Source of the DNA: Acidobacteria bacterium UBA823
GTDB taxonomy: Bacteria > Acidobacteriota > Vicinamibacteria > Vicinamibacterales > UBA823
DNA length: 53,609 bases
Reading direction: 5' to 3'
Assembly (NCBI GenBank): GCA_002296225.1
Contig: DBHR01000046.1
Span: 3,291-56,899 of the forward strand
Under the pieces are notes generated by a model, which had not been told where the DNA came from, ran no database searches, and saw nothing but the letters and a program-made list of their open reading frames with translations. This document shows positions 21,025-28,720 of this stretch, piece after piece (within the stretch, counting starts at the first letter, position 1; each line of letters starts with the position of its first letter). Position numbers and translations under genes: made by a program.

Positions 21025-22116
21025 TCAAACATAACGGGCTATTTCCTCGGCGATCATCCTTGACCGAGTACGACCGATCAACTTCTCGACTCGGCCATGC
21101 TTTCTCTTGGACGACAGGTCCGATAAATATCGCTCCTTCGCCAGCCGGTGCCGACCAAGGGCCGCCTCCAACTCGAACATCGAGAGGGCTCCATTTTCCG
21201 CGGCATGAATGATGGCCTCCAGCGCGTTAGACTGCCAAGTCATGTCGGCCCCGCACAAGAGCAGTAGGTCGACAGTAGCACCGACAGCATGTACGACAGC
21301 TTCCTCAATGCCATAGTTCTCTGTGATGGCCTTCATTCCAAGGTCGTCAGTCGCCACTAAACCGCCGTAGGCTAGCTCCCCTCTGAGTAGGTCGTGAACA
21401 ATGCGACGCGACAAGCTGGCCGGCCGCTCTTCGTCGAGGCTCGGCACCAACACGTGGCCGGTCATGACCACGGCGACCTCAGCTTTAATGGCCGAACGAA
21501 ACGGAGTCCACTCCCGACCCCGTAATTGTGCCGGGTCGATATCGAGGGTCGGCAACTCGTAGTGCGAATCCTGACTGGTGTCACCGTGTCCAGGGAAGTG
21601 TTTACCGCAAGCAGCGATTCCACTCGCCTGTAACGTCTCGATGATCGTGACTCCGAGTTGCGCGACCACGTCCGGCTCATCGGAAAGCGCGCGGTCTCCG
21701 ATCACCGGATTTCTCGAATTCGTGTGGACGTCCAAGACTGGCGCGTAGTCAAGCGTAACGCCAACGGCCGCCAACTCGGAGGCGAGCGCCGCTGCGAACC
21801 GGCGCGCCAAATCCACGTCACGGCTGCGGCCGAGGGCTTGCATCGGCGGCCATTCAGTGAAGGGCTCGCGCAGTCGCGCGACCCGCCCACCCTCCTGATC
21901 GATGCTAACCCACAGCGGCCAGTCCCGACGGAGCGACTGCACTTCACGCGAGAGCTCGGCTAGCTGGGTTGGACTTTCGACGTTGCGGGCGAACAAAATG
22001 ACGCCCCCAAGGTCGAACTCTCGGGCCAATACACGAAGGTCGTCGGGCACCGCGTAACCGTTGAAGCCCACGATCGCGAACTGCCCAACTTGGCGACGGA
22101 ACGCACGCTGTGACAT
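21025..22116 (-). CDS. nagZ: beta-N-acetylhexosaminidase (GH3)
   Basis: GGVILFARN, IDQEGGRVAR, APVLDV, the NagZ signature KHFPGHG-x4-DSH, TDDLGM. Confidence 0.93.
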   Translation of the reverse strand: MSQRAFRRQVGQFAIVGFNGYAVPDDLRVLAREFDLGGVILFARNVESPTQLAELSREVQSLRRDWPLWVSIDQEGGRVARLREPFTEWPPMQALGRSRDVDLARRFAAALASELAAVGVTLDYAPVLDVHTNSRNPVIGDRALSDEPDVVAQLGVTIIETLQASGIAACGKHFPGHGDTSQDSHYELPTLDIDPAQLRGREWTPFRSAIKAEVAVVMTGHVLVPSLDEERPASLSRRIVHDLLRGELAYGGLVATDDLGMKAITENYGIEEAVVHAVGATVDLLLLCGADMTWQSNALEAIIHAAENGALSMFELEAALGRHRLAKERYLSDLSSKRKHGRVEKLIGRTRSRMIAEEIARYV

Positions 22117-22189
22117 ATCGCGTTCATAACGACCGGAAAGCGCTCAATGCGCCTCCTCAACTCGTCCACGGCCACATTATAATGCGTCA

Positions 22190-23200
22190 GTGCAACTCGA
22201 AGCCTCCGCCCCAATGCGGATAGACCTTGCCGGTGCTACGCTAGACATCTGGCCCTTGTATCTATATCACGCGGGCGCGCAGACTCTGAACGTCGCCGTG
22301 ACCCTCAGGGCTCGCTGTTGGCTGCAAACACGCAACGACCGGCGGCTCACCCTACGTTCGCTCGACACAGACCAGTGGATAGAGGCTGACCATCGGTCGA
22401 CGCTGCCCGACAGCACGCCGTGGCGACTATTAAAACGGATCATCGATTTCTTTGACGGCGAAGGCCTGAACATCGTGACCCAAAGCGATTCCCCGATTGG
22501 TGCGGGTATCGCTGGATCCTCCGCACTAAACGTTGCCACGTGCGCCGCCCTCGCCAGGTGGCGAGGGCGCGACCTCTCGCCGGAAGCATTGCTCGGAATC
22601 GCCATGAACGTCGAAGCTCAGGTGATCGACGTCCCGACTGGTGTGCAGGACTATCGTCCCGCCTACTACGGCGGCATCTCCGCGGTCGAGATGGGGGTCG
22701 GAGGCGTAACACGGGTAGCGCTCGATGTCGACCCCGTGTCGCTCTCCGAGCGTCTCATCGTCGCACATACCGGCGCCTCCAGAGAATCCGCCATTAACAA
22801 CTGGCAAATCGTGAAAGGGCGAATCGATAGAGAGCCAGGTATCGCCACTCACTTCGACCAGATCTGTCGAGTCGCCGGAACCATGCGTAAAGCATTAATC
22901 GCAGCCGACTGGCCAGAAGTCGGCCGGCAGCTCAATCACGAATGGGAGTTACGTAAGCGCTTGACACCCCGCGTCACGACGCCGGCCATCGATAATCTCA
23001 TTGAGCGGGCCAGACGCACTGGCGCACTCGGCAGCAAGGTTTGTGGAGCTGGTGGCGGCGGCTGCATCGCCAGCCTAGCCGCACCAGACGATATTTTGGC
23101 CGTCACCTCCGCTTTGGCTGACGGCGGCGCGACAATCCTACCGTGCAAGGTTGACACGGATGGCCTCCAGCTAACGCTCGGACCGGCGCCGCCAGCATAA
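22190..23200 (+). CDS. GHMP-superfamily sugar kinase (HddA/fucokinase-like)
   Basis: APMRIDLAG.TLD, P.GAGIAGSS (motif II), GVQDY...YGG, KVCGAGGGG. Confidence 0.88.
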   Translation: MQLEASAPMRIDLAGATLDIWPLYLYHAGAQTLNVAVTLRARCWLQTRNDRRLTLRSLDTDQWIEADHRSTLPDSTPWRLLKRIIDFFDGEGLNIVTQSDSPIGAGIAGSSALNVATCAALARWRGRDLSPEALLGIAMNVEAQVIDVPTGVQDYRPAYYGGISAVEMGVGGVTRVALDVDPVSLSERLIVAHTGASRESAINNWQIVKGRIDREPGIATHFDQICRVAGTMRKALIAADWPEVGRQLNHEWELRKRLTPRVTTPAIDNLIERARRTGALGSKVCGAGGGGCIASLAAPDDILAVTSALADGGATILPCKVDTDGLQLTLGPAPPA

Positions 23201-23217
23201 GTTTCAGCGTCTATACC

Positions 23218-23703
23218 ATGGACAATCTCAGCATCGCCCGGCTATTCGCCAATATCGGCGATCTCCTTGAACTCAAAGGCGAGAATACTTTTAAGATCAG
23301 AGCCTACCGCGCAGCAGCCGACATCATCGGCCATGCGAGCGAGCCCTTCGCTGAACTCAACACCGAGGAGCTCCTTGCCATCCCTGGCATCGGCAAGGCA
23401 ATCGCCGAAAAAATCAGAGAGATCGCCGAAACTGGACGTTTGACGTTCCATCAGAAGCTGTTGGGCGAGTTTCCCACCACCATCCTTGATCTTCTCCACC
23501 TCCAAGGCGTGGGGCCGAAGACCGTGGCTTTGCTCTACCAAGGGCTCGGCCTTGGGTCTATCGACGAACTGGAGATTGCCGCCACAGAGGGTCGGCTGAG
23601 CAGCCTCCCCGGTCTCGGGCCAAAGAAGGAGCAACTGATCCTGACAGCCGTGGCGAGGCACAGGCAGGGCGAAGGCCGACCCCTCAGGCGAACCGCAACG
23701 TAA
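23218..23703 (+). CDS. N-terminal helix-hairpin-helix part of a family X DNA polymerase (truncated PolX)
   Basis: MDN..IA..F..I.DLLELKGEN.FKIRAY, IPGIGK.IAEKI.EI..TG, L.GVGPKT, LPGLGPK. It stops (TAA) at 161 aa, before the palm and PHP domains. Confidence 0.8.
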   Translation: MDNLSIARLFANIGDLLELKGENTFKIRAYRAAADIIGHASEPFAELNTEELLAIPGIGKAIAEKIREIAETGRLTFHQKLLGEFPTTILDLLHLQGVGPKTVALLYQGLGLGSIDELEIAATEGRLSSLPGLGPKKEQLILTAVARHRQGEGRPLRRTAT

Positions 23704-23724
23704 AGTGCGCTACCCCTTTTGACG

Positions 23725-23946
23725 ATGGCACGCACCACTAAGGCGAAAGCCGTCACTCAGATTCGAAGGCTGTATCTCCAGGCTAGCCCGAAAACGATTC
23801 AGCGCGACCTTACTGTAGCGGTCGAACTGTTCAAGTCGCTCCCAACCGAGACTACGCGGGAGGCTGTGGCCGTGTATATGGACGGGCTGTCGCAACTCCG
23901 ATCGGAGTGGACCTTGGCACGCAAACGCCGCGCCAAGCATCGATAG
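23725..23946 (+). CDS. small hypothetical protein
   Basis: Fills the gap after the polX fragment; amphipathic helical pattern (IQRDL..AVELFKSL...REAVAVYMDGLSQLRSEW). Confidence 0.6.
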   Translation: MARTTKAKAVTQIRRLYLQASPKTIQRDLTVAVELFKSLPTETTREAVAVYMDGLSQLRSEWTLARKRRAKHR

Positions 23947-23983
23947 CATCGCCAACAGCCCCAAGAGAAGGGCGCTTGTCTAC

Positions 23984-24454
23984 CTAACGGTCAGTAGTCG
24001 TGACCCTAAGCGGGGTTACCGTATCTTTTGCCGCCGATGCACTCGACCCTGCAATAGCAAGATAGGCGATGAGGCCAATAGCTAACACGCTGAAGACCGT
24101 CAACTGGAACCAGACTCTCGCGATCTGCTGTCGGTGTTCAAACGCACTATCCCCTTCCTGAACATCCGCGTCAGCACTCAAGTCAACCTCGGCATCGACG
24201 GAAAACGACGCCAGAAAAGCCCGCACGGTCGACTCGGGGTCGAGACCAACCTCGACCGCATACGTTCTTATGAAGCCTCTGGTGAAAATGCCGCCAGGCA
24301 AGCTAGCAATCTCGTTGCGCTCAAGCGCCTCGAGCGACCCAATGCCGATCTTAGTAGTTGCCGAAAGGTCGCGAAGCGAGATGCCCCGCGCTAGACGCGC
24401 TGAGCGTAATCGAGAACCAAAATCCCCACGCTGACTCACAAAGGATGCTTGCAT
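23984..24454 (-). CDS. RodZ-like protein (HTH plus one TM), lacking the periplasmic domain
   Basis: FGSRLRSARLARGISL..LS..TKI...LEALE....LPGGIFTRGFIRTYA..VGLDP; the TM is followed by only ~19 aa. Confidence 0.85.
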   Translation of the reverse strand: MQASFVSQRGDFGSRLRSARLARGISLRDLSATTKIGIGSLEALERNEIASLPGGIFTRGFIRTYAVEVGLDPESTVRAFLASFSVDAEVDLSADADVQEGDSAFEHRQQIARVWFQLTVFSVLAIGLIAYLAIAGSSASAAKDTVTPLRVTTTDR

Positions 24455-24496
24455 TATCTGAGCGTTTGAGCGTAATCCCTTACTCTAGACAAGGGG

Positions 24497-25192
24497 TCAT
24501 ACGGTGTCAAACGACCGTCGAACTCGCCGAACGAGCCCAGTCAAGCCGACCGCCCAGTCGAAATGCAACTGAGCCGACTCAATAAACAGCCCGATGCCGG
24601 CAATTCCGGCCGCTCCTGCCCGCCACAAATCCTCGAGCCGGCTCTCAGTCACACCACCGATAGCGAGCACCGGCACGTGCGCACGTTTCGTTGCCTCACG
24701 AAGCCCGCCGAGACCTCCCAATGGGCATCCTACGCCCTTGGAGACGGTTGGAAATACCGTACCGAAAAGCATGTAATCCAAGGTTGATGATTTACCAGGC
24801 ACCTTGGACGGATCGTGAAGCGCTCGGCTCAAAAGCCAATTGTGGCCACCGAGCGTTCGAACGCGCTCGCTGGCAATTGAGTCCTCGCGAAGATGCACGC
24901 CAGCTGCCCCAGTCGCCAGGGCTACATCCGCACCGTCGTTCACGACGACGCGCGTACCGCTGTCGCCAGAGGCCTCAACGCATCGCGCAACGAGGGAATT
25001 CAACTTACGCCTCGACAGATCGCGCTCACGTACCTGAACGATTTCAATCCCGGCCTTTACAGCCGCGACCACCAAAGCGATCAAATCATTCAACTGGCGA
25101 TCTAACACCGCCCCGGGTGATAAGCGGCGACGATCTGTCACGAGACAAATAATCGGACGACGCGCGGACAGCCTCACGAAGTCAGAATTCAT
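24497..25192 (-). CDS. thiamine phosphate synthase/TenI family protein (paralog 2)
   Basis: CLVTDRR, VQVRERDL, VVVND..DVA, GVHL, DYMLFGTVFPTVSK, VLAIGGV. Confidence 0.85.
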   Translation of the reverse strand: MNSDFVRLSARRPIICLVTDRRRLSPGAVLDRQLNDLIALVVAAVKAGIEIVQVRERDLSRRKLNSLVARCVEASGDSGTRVVVNDGADVALATGAAGVHLREDSIASERVRTLGGHNWLLSRALHDPSKVPGKSSTLDYMLFGTVFPTVSKGVGCPLGGLGGLREATKRAHVPVLAIGGVTESRLEDLWRAGAAGIAGIGLFIESAQLHFDWAVGLTGLVRRVRRSFDTV

Positions 25193-25215
25193 TAGACGAA
25201 GGGGCTACCTGGCCT

Positions 25216-25488
25216 TCAGCCGTCGACGCTAATCGACGAGTGATCATTCAAGTTATTGCGCGACTGAATCTTCGTCATAAGCGCGACAAGCTCGGCGAAC
25301 CCGGCAACTAGATTAATCAAACCAACCCCCGACACAGCACCGCGCACGAAGTTACTTTGAAGCACCAGATGTAGTTTCGGAAGCGTTGCGGCAAAGACAT
25401 TATTATCCCAATAGGCCAACCAGGGCACGACGGCCAATACCAATCCCGCCTCAAGAAAGTAGGCTATGAACAACAAGCGGCGTAGCAA
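25216..25488 (-). CDS. small membrane protein (2 TM), hypothetical
   Basis: Two hydrophobic segments (LLFIAYFLEAGLVLAVVPW; FVRGAVSGVGLINL); starts 3 nt after the rnhB stop. Confidence 0.7.
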   Translation of the reverse strand: MLRRLLFIAYFLEAGLVLAVVPWLAYWDNNVFAATLPKLHLVLQSNFVRGAVSGVGLINLVAGFAELVALMTKIQSRNNLNDHSSISVDG

Positions 25489-25491
25489 GGT

Positions 25492-26115
25492 TCAACCCAA
25501 CGTATCAGAGAGGACCGAAGGCCTGAACGATCGTCGATGCACCACCGAATATCCGTAGCGGCCTAGCGCGGCAAGGTGTCCTGGCGTCGCGTAACCCTTG
25601 TGTTGATCGAAACCGTACCGCGGATCGCGGTCGTGTAGCATGCGCATATACCGATCTCGCGTTACCTTGGCAACAATCGACGCCGCCGCGATGGCAGCAC
25701 ACCGCCGGTCGCCTCCGACAAGAGCCCGCTGCGGCAGCAAGAGATCGGGTATACGAAAACCGTCGACCAGCACAAAGTCAGGAGGCGGCACTAGGTCCAT
25801 CACCGCCTCTCGCATCGCGGTAAGCGTCGCCCGGTGAATATTCACCCTGTCGATAACCTTCGGGCCGACCAACGCAATGCCCCATCCAGTGGCTGCACTG
25901 ACGATTTGATCGTACAAATACTCGCGTGCCGTCGGCGTCAGCAACTTGGAGTCGCGGACGCCTGGCACGTGTCGATCGGAATCGAGCACCACAGCTGCTG
26001 CAACGACTGGGCCAGCCAGAGAGCCCCGACCAACCTCGTCAACCCCAGCAACCCGAGAGAACCCTCTGCGTCGAACGGCATTTTCGATCGTGCGACGCGC
26101 AACAGGTCGGACCAT
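25492..26115 (-). CDS. rnhB: ribonuclease HII
   Basis: AGVDEVGRGSLAGPVVAAA, DSK.L, VLVDG, IAAASIVAKVTRD, HKGYAT, HRRSF. Confidence 0.97.
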   Translation of the reverse strand: MVRPVARRTIENAVRRRGFSRVAGVDEVGRGSLAGPVVAAAVVLDSDRHVPGVRDSKLLTPTAREYLYDQIVSAATGWGIALVGPKVIDRVNIHRATLTAMREAVMDLVPPPDFVLVDGFRIPDLLLPQRALVGGDRRCAAIAAASIVAKVTRDRYMRMLHDRDPRYGFDQHKGYATPGHLAALGRYGYSVVHRRSFRPSVLSDTLG

Positions 26116-26169
26116 CTCCTCAATTCTCGATTTCGGGGGATGACCCGCGCGGTCGCCGGGAACGAGAAA

Positions 26170-26523
26170 TCAGGCCCTGGTCTTTGGTCTGCGTTCGCGC
26201 AACCGGGCAGCCTTCCCGCGCAACTCTCGCAAGTAGTACAACTTCGCCCGGCGCACCTGAGCCGAGCGTACGACCTCAATTCGAGCGATCACGGGCGAAT
26301 GAAGAGGAAAAGTCCGTTCGACGCCCTGACCGAACGACATCTTCCGGACAGTGAACGATGCACGTGCACCGCCCCGCCGCTGGCTGATGACGACACCCTC
26401 AAACACCTGCACACGCTCCTTATCACCTTCCCGAACTTTCACATGGACTCGCACGGTATCCCCAGACTGCATCGCTGGTCGGTCGACGAGTTGCCCCTGT
26501 TCGATGGTTTCGATGGTGTTCAT
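26170..26523 (-). CDS. rplS: 50S ribosomal protein L19
   Basis: [44 protein letters not shown]. Confidence 0.98.
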   Translation of the reverse strand: MNTIETIEQGQLVDRPAMQSGDTVRVHVKVREGDKERVQVFEGVVISQRRGGARASFTVRKMSFGQGVERTFPLHSPVIARIEVVRSAQVRRAKLYYLRELRGKAARLRERRPKTRA

Positions 26524-27272
26524 CAGCGCGTCTCCTTCTCCCGTCCTGTCAACAACTCCTGCAGGATAGCGCGTTCCTCGTCATCGAGTGAGGCTTGAGC
26601 AAGTAGATCGGGCCGGCGGTCTAACGTACGGCGCACGGCCTCTCGCTTCCGCCATCTTGAAATTCTCTGATGATGGCCAGACAGCAACGTCTCCGGCACC
26701 TGCAACGCCCTGACTTTCGCTGGCCGCGTGTACTGCGGGAAGTCGAGCAGGCCACGCACGAACGACTCGCTCTCAATCGACTGCGCATCCCCGACTACGC
26801 CTGGTACTAGGCGCGCCACGGCATCAACGATAACCATCGCGGGCAACTCTCCTCCCGTTAGCACATAGTCACCGATCGACAACTCTTCGGTTACAAGACC
26901 TTCTCGCACCCGTTCATCGACACCTTCATACCGGCCGCAAATCACAACGAAGCGCGATAACCGACTGAGTCGTTCCGCGTCCACATGCCCAAAACGCTTC
27001 CCCTGCGGCGACGTCAACACAACACAATCTGGCTGTCCAGCGACCCCCCTGATTGCATCGATGGCACGGAAGATCGGCTCGTACTTGAGCACCATTCCAG
27101 GGCCGCCACCATAGGGTGCGTCATCCACGCTTCGATGCCGATCGTCCGTGTAATCCCGTAGGTCATGGACCTGGACATTAATAAGGTCTCGGTTAATGGC
27201 CCGCCGTACGACGCCCTCGCGAAACACCGCCTCGACGGTCGCGGGAAAGATCGTAACGATATCGATTCTCAT
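26523..27272 (-). CDS. trmD: tRNA (m1G37) methyltransferase
   Basis: [49 protein letters not shown]. Confidence 0.98.
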   Translation of the reverse strand: MRIDIVTIFPATVEAVFREGVVRRAINRDLINVQVHDLRDYTDDRHRSVDDAPYGGGPGMVLKYEPIFRAIDAIRGVAGQPDCVVLTSPQGKRFGHVDAERLSRLSRFVVICGRYEGVDERVREGLVTEELSIGDYVLTGGELPAMVIVDAVARLVPGVVGDAQSIESESFVRGLLDFPQYTRPAKVRALQVPETLLSGHHQRISRWRKREAVRRTLDRRPDLLAQASLDDEERAILQELLTGREKETR

Positions 27273-27832
27273 GCCGTGCTTCGTGCTCGCTTCGTAACGT
27301 TCAGGTCGAGCAGTCCCTCGGGTGGTTTGATCTCAATGATCCGGTCCGCCACGTGTATACACCGACAAATTTCCTCAGCCAACGGTATTAAAACCTCGCC
27401 TGTAGCTGTGTGCACCACAAGCAGACTTCTGTCAGCGTTCCCCTGCACGGCCACCACGGATCCAATGGCTGACCCGTCATGGGTTCGCACGGCGCAGCCT
27501 ATTAGTTCGTGGTGGTAGAACCTCCCGGCCGGAAGTGGTAGCAACTCGATCGCAGGCACACGCAACTCGGCGCCGACCAAAGGCCTGGCGGAATCGATCG
27601 TGTCAATTCCCCCCAACGCCAGAATCGGACGCCCATGATGAAATCGCACGGCCGTCACGGTAACTCGTTCGCTCAGGTCAGAGCGGCAAGCGTAAAACAC
27701 GGCGTTCATCCGAAATCGATCTTGCGGAAAATCCGTTTCTGGATTGACTATAATCTGGCCACGACGACCGTGCGTGCGCGCTACCCGGCCCACGACCGCA
27801 CCGTCGGTCAACTGATGGTCACCGTCCATCAT
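27269..27832 (-). CDS. rimM: ribosome maturation factor RimM
   Basis: VGRVARTHGRRG, FYHHELIGC, EVLIPL, PPEGLL; canonical position between khpA and trmD. Confidence 0.93.
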   Translation of the reverse strand: MMDGDHQLTDGAVVGRVARTHGRRGQIIVNPETDFPQDRFRMNAVFYACRSDLSERVTVTAVRFHHGRPILALGGIDTIDSARPLVGAELRVPAIELLPLPAGRFYHHELIGCAVRTHDGSAIGSVVAVQGNADRSLLVVHTATGEVLIPLAEEICRCIHVADRIIEIKPPEGLLDLNVTKRARSTA

Positions 27833-28079
27833 CCGGTGACCCGTCACGAAATTCTACCGTGACGCTCGACCCCTCCATCTCTGCAGCCATCGAGGCCAGC
27901 GCACGTAAGGCGCTGGCGGTACGCCCGCGTCGTCCGATCATCCTACCCAAATCACTCGGTGCCGCAAACAACTCGATTAGTTCCGAACCGTCCTGAGTGG
28001 TTTCGGAGACGTGCACCTCATCAGGCGCCTTCGCGAGCGCTTTCGCAACAACTTCAATCACCGTCCTGGCGCGGCTCAC
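27819..28079 (-). CDS. khpA: KH-domain RNA-binding protein KhpA
   Basis: IE.VAKAL..PD.V.V, DLGRMIGRRGRTA.ALR; located between rpsP and rimM. Confidence 0.9.
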   Translation of the reverse strand: MSRARTVIEVVAKALAKAPDEVHVSETTQDGSELIELFAAPSDLGRMIGRRGRTASALRALASMAAEMEGSSVTVEFRDGSPDDGR

Positions 28080-28348
28080 GAAGTCTCAGCTGCCTCCGCC
28101 GTCTCTACGGCGGCGATCGGATGTCGATCGATTAGCGTCCGGACCGTGTCGGACGGGCATGCGCCGCGGCTCAACCAGTGCGCCAAGCGCTCGCGATCCA
28201 CTTCGACGGTCTCGGGACTAGTCCGCGGATTGTAGTAGCCGAGAATTTCAACGAACCGACCATCGGTCGCCTTCGCCGAATCGCAGACGACGACGCGATA
28301 TAACGGTTGCTTCTTCGATCCCACCCGACGCAGACGGATCGCCAACAT
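28076..28348 (-). CDS. rpsP: 30S ribosomal protein S16
   Basis: MLAIRLRRVG.KKQP.YRVVV.DS...DGRFVEILGYYNP. Start set to the ATG at 28348. Confidence 0.97.
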   Translation of the reverse strand: MLAIRLRRVGSKKQPLYRVVVCDSAKATDGRFVEILGYYNPRTSPETVEVDRERLAHWLSRGACPSDTVRTLIDRHPIAAVETAEAAETS

Positions 28349-28399
28349 GCCAACAAACCTTTCTTTTCTACTGTGGAACACCCTCGACCGATACGGCGA

Positions 28400-28533
28400 G
28401 GATAGCGTTATTGGCCTCTCAATTATCTACGGATTCAACCGAGGGCTTCCTCAATGAGTTCAGGCGTGTGTCTAGCCTTACGCCAAAACACTCCCGGCGC
28501 TTGCCGCAGATGGCCGTCAAATAATTTAAACAT
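28400..28533 (-). pseudogene. ffh: decayed 5' remnant of signal recognition particle protein Ffh
   Basis: From the ATG at 28533 the frame reads MFKLFDGHLRQAPGVFWRKARHTPELIEEALG*IRR*L, collinear with the Ffh N-terminal pattern MF..L...L......L....RL(T/S).....AL.E(I/V)R.AL. Stops are TGA at 28437-28435 and TAA at 28425-28423. It occupies the canonical ffh position upstream of rpsP. Confidence 0.75.
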
Positions 28534-28575
28534 AACTTACTCTGAATCCGCTAACTCACTCATAGACAACCGCTT

Positions 28576-28605
28576 ATCGTACCCTTGTTCGAACGACCCT
28601 GTCAA
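28576..28605 (-). promoter_or_regulatory. sigma70 promoter upstream of the ffh relic and the rpsP operon
   Basis: Minus strand TTGACA (28605-28600), 18-nt spacer, TACGAT (28581-28576). Confidence 0.65.
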
Positions 28606-28720
28606 CGGAGCACCGTTCGGTGACCCGTTCGATCAACATTAAGTCCGCGGCGCCACGAAACGCCGATCTGCACGGACAGTCAGACCGACCGCGCGAAGAT
28701 TATACGTCGTGCTTCTCTGC

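Noticed and set aside
28435-28437. TGA in the ffh relic as a selenocysteine or readthrough codon (selB is present)
   Set aside because: A TAA follows four codons later and the rest of the gene is deleted, so recoding cannot restore a protein.
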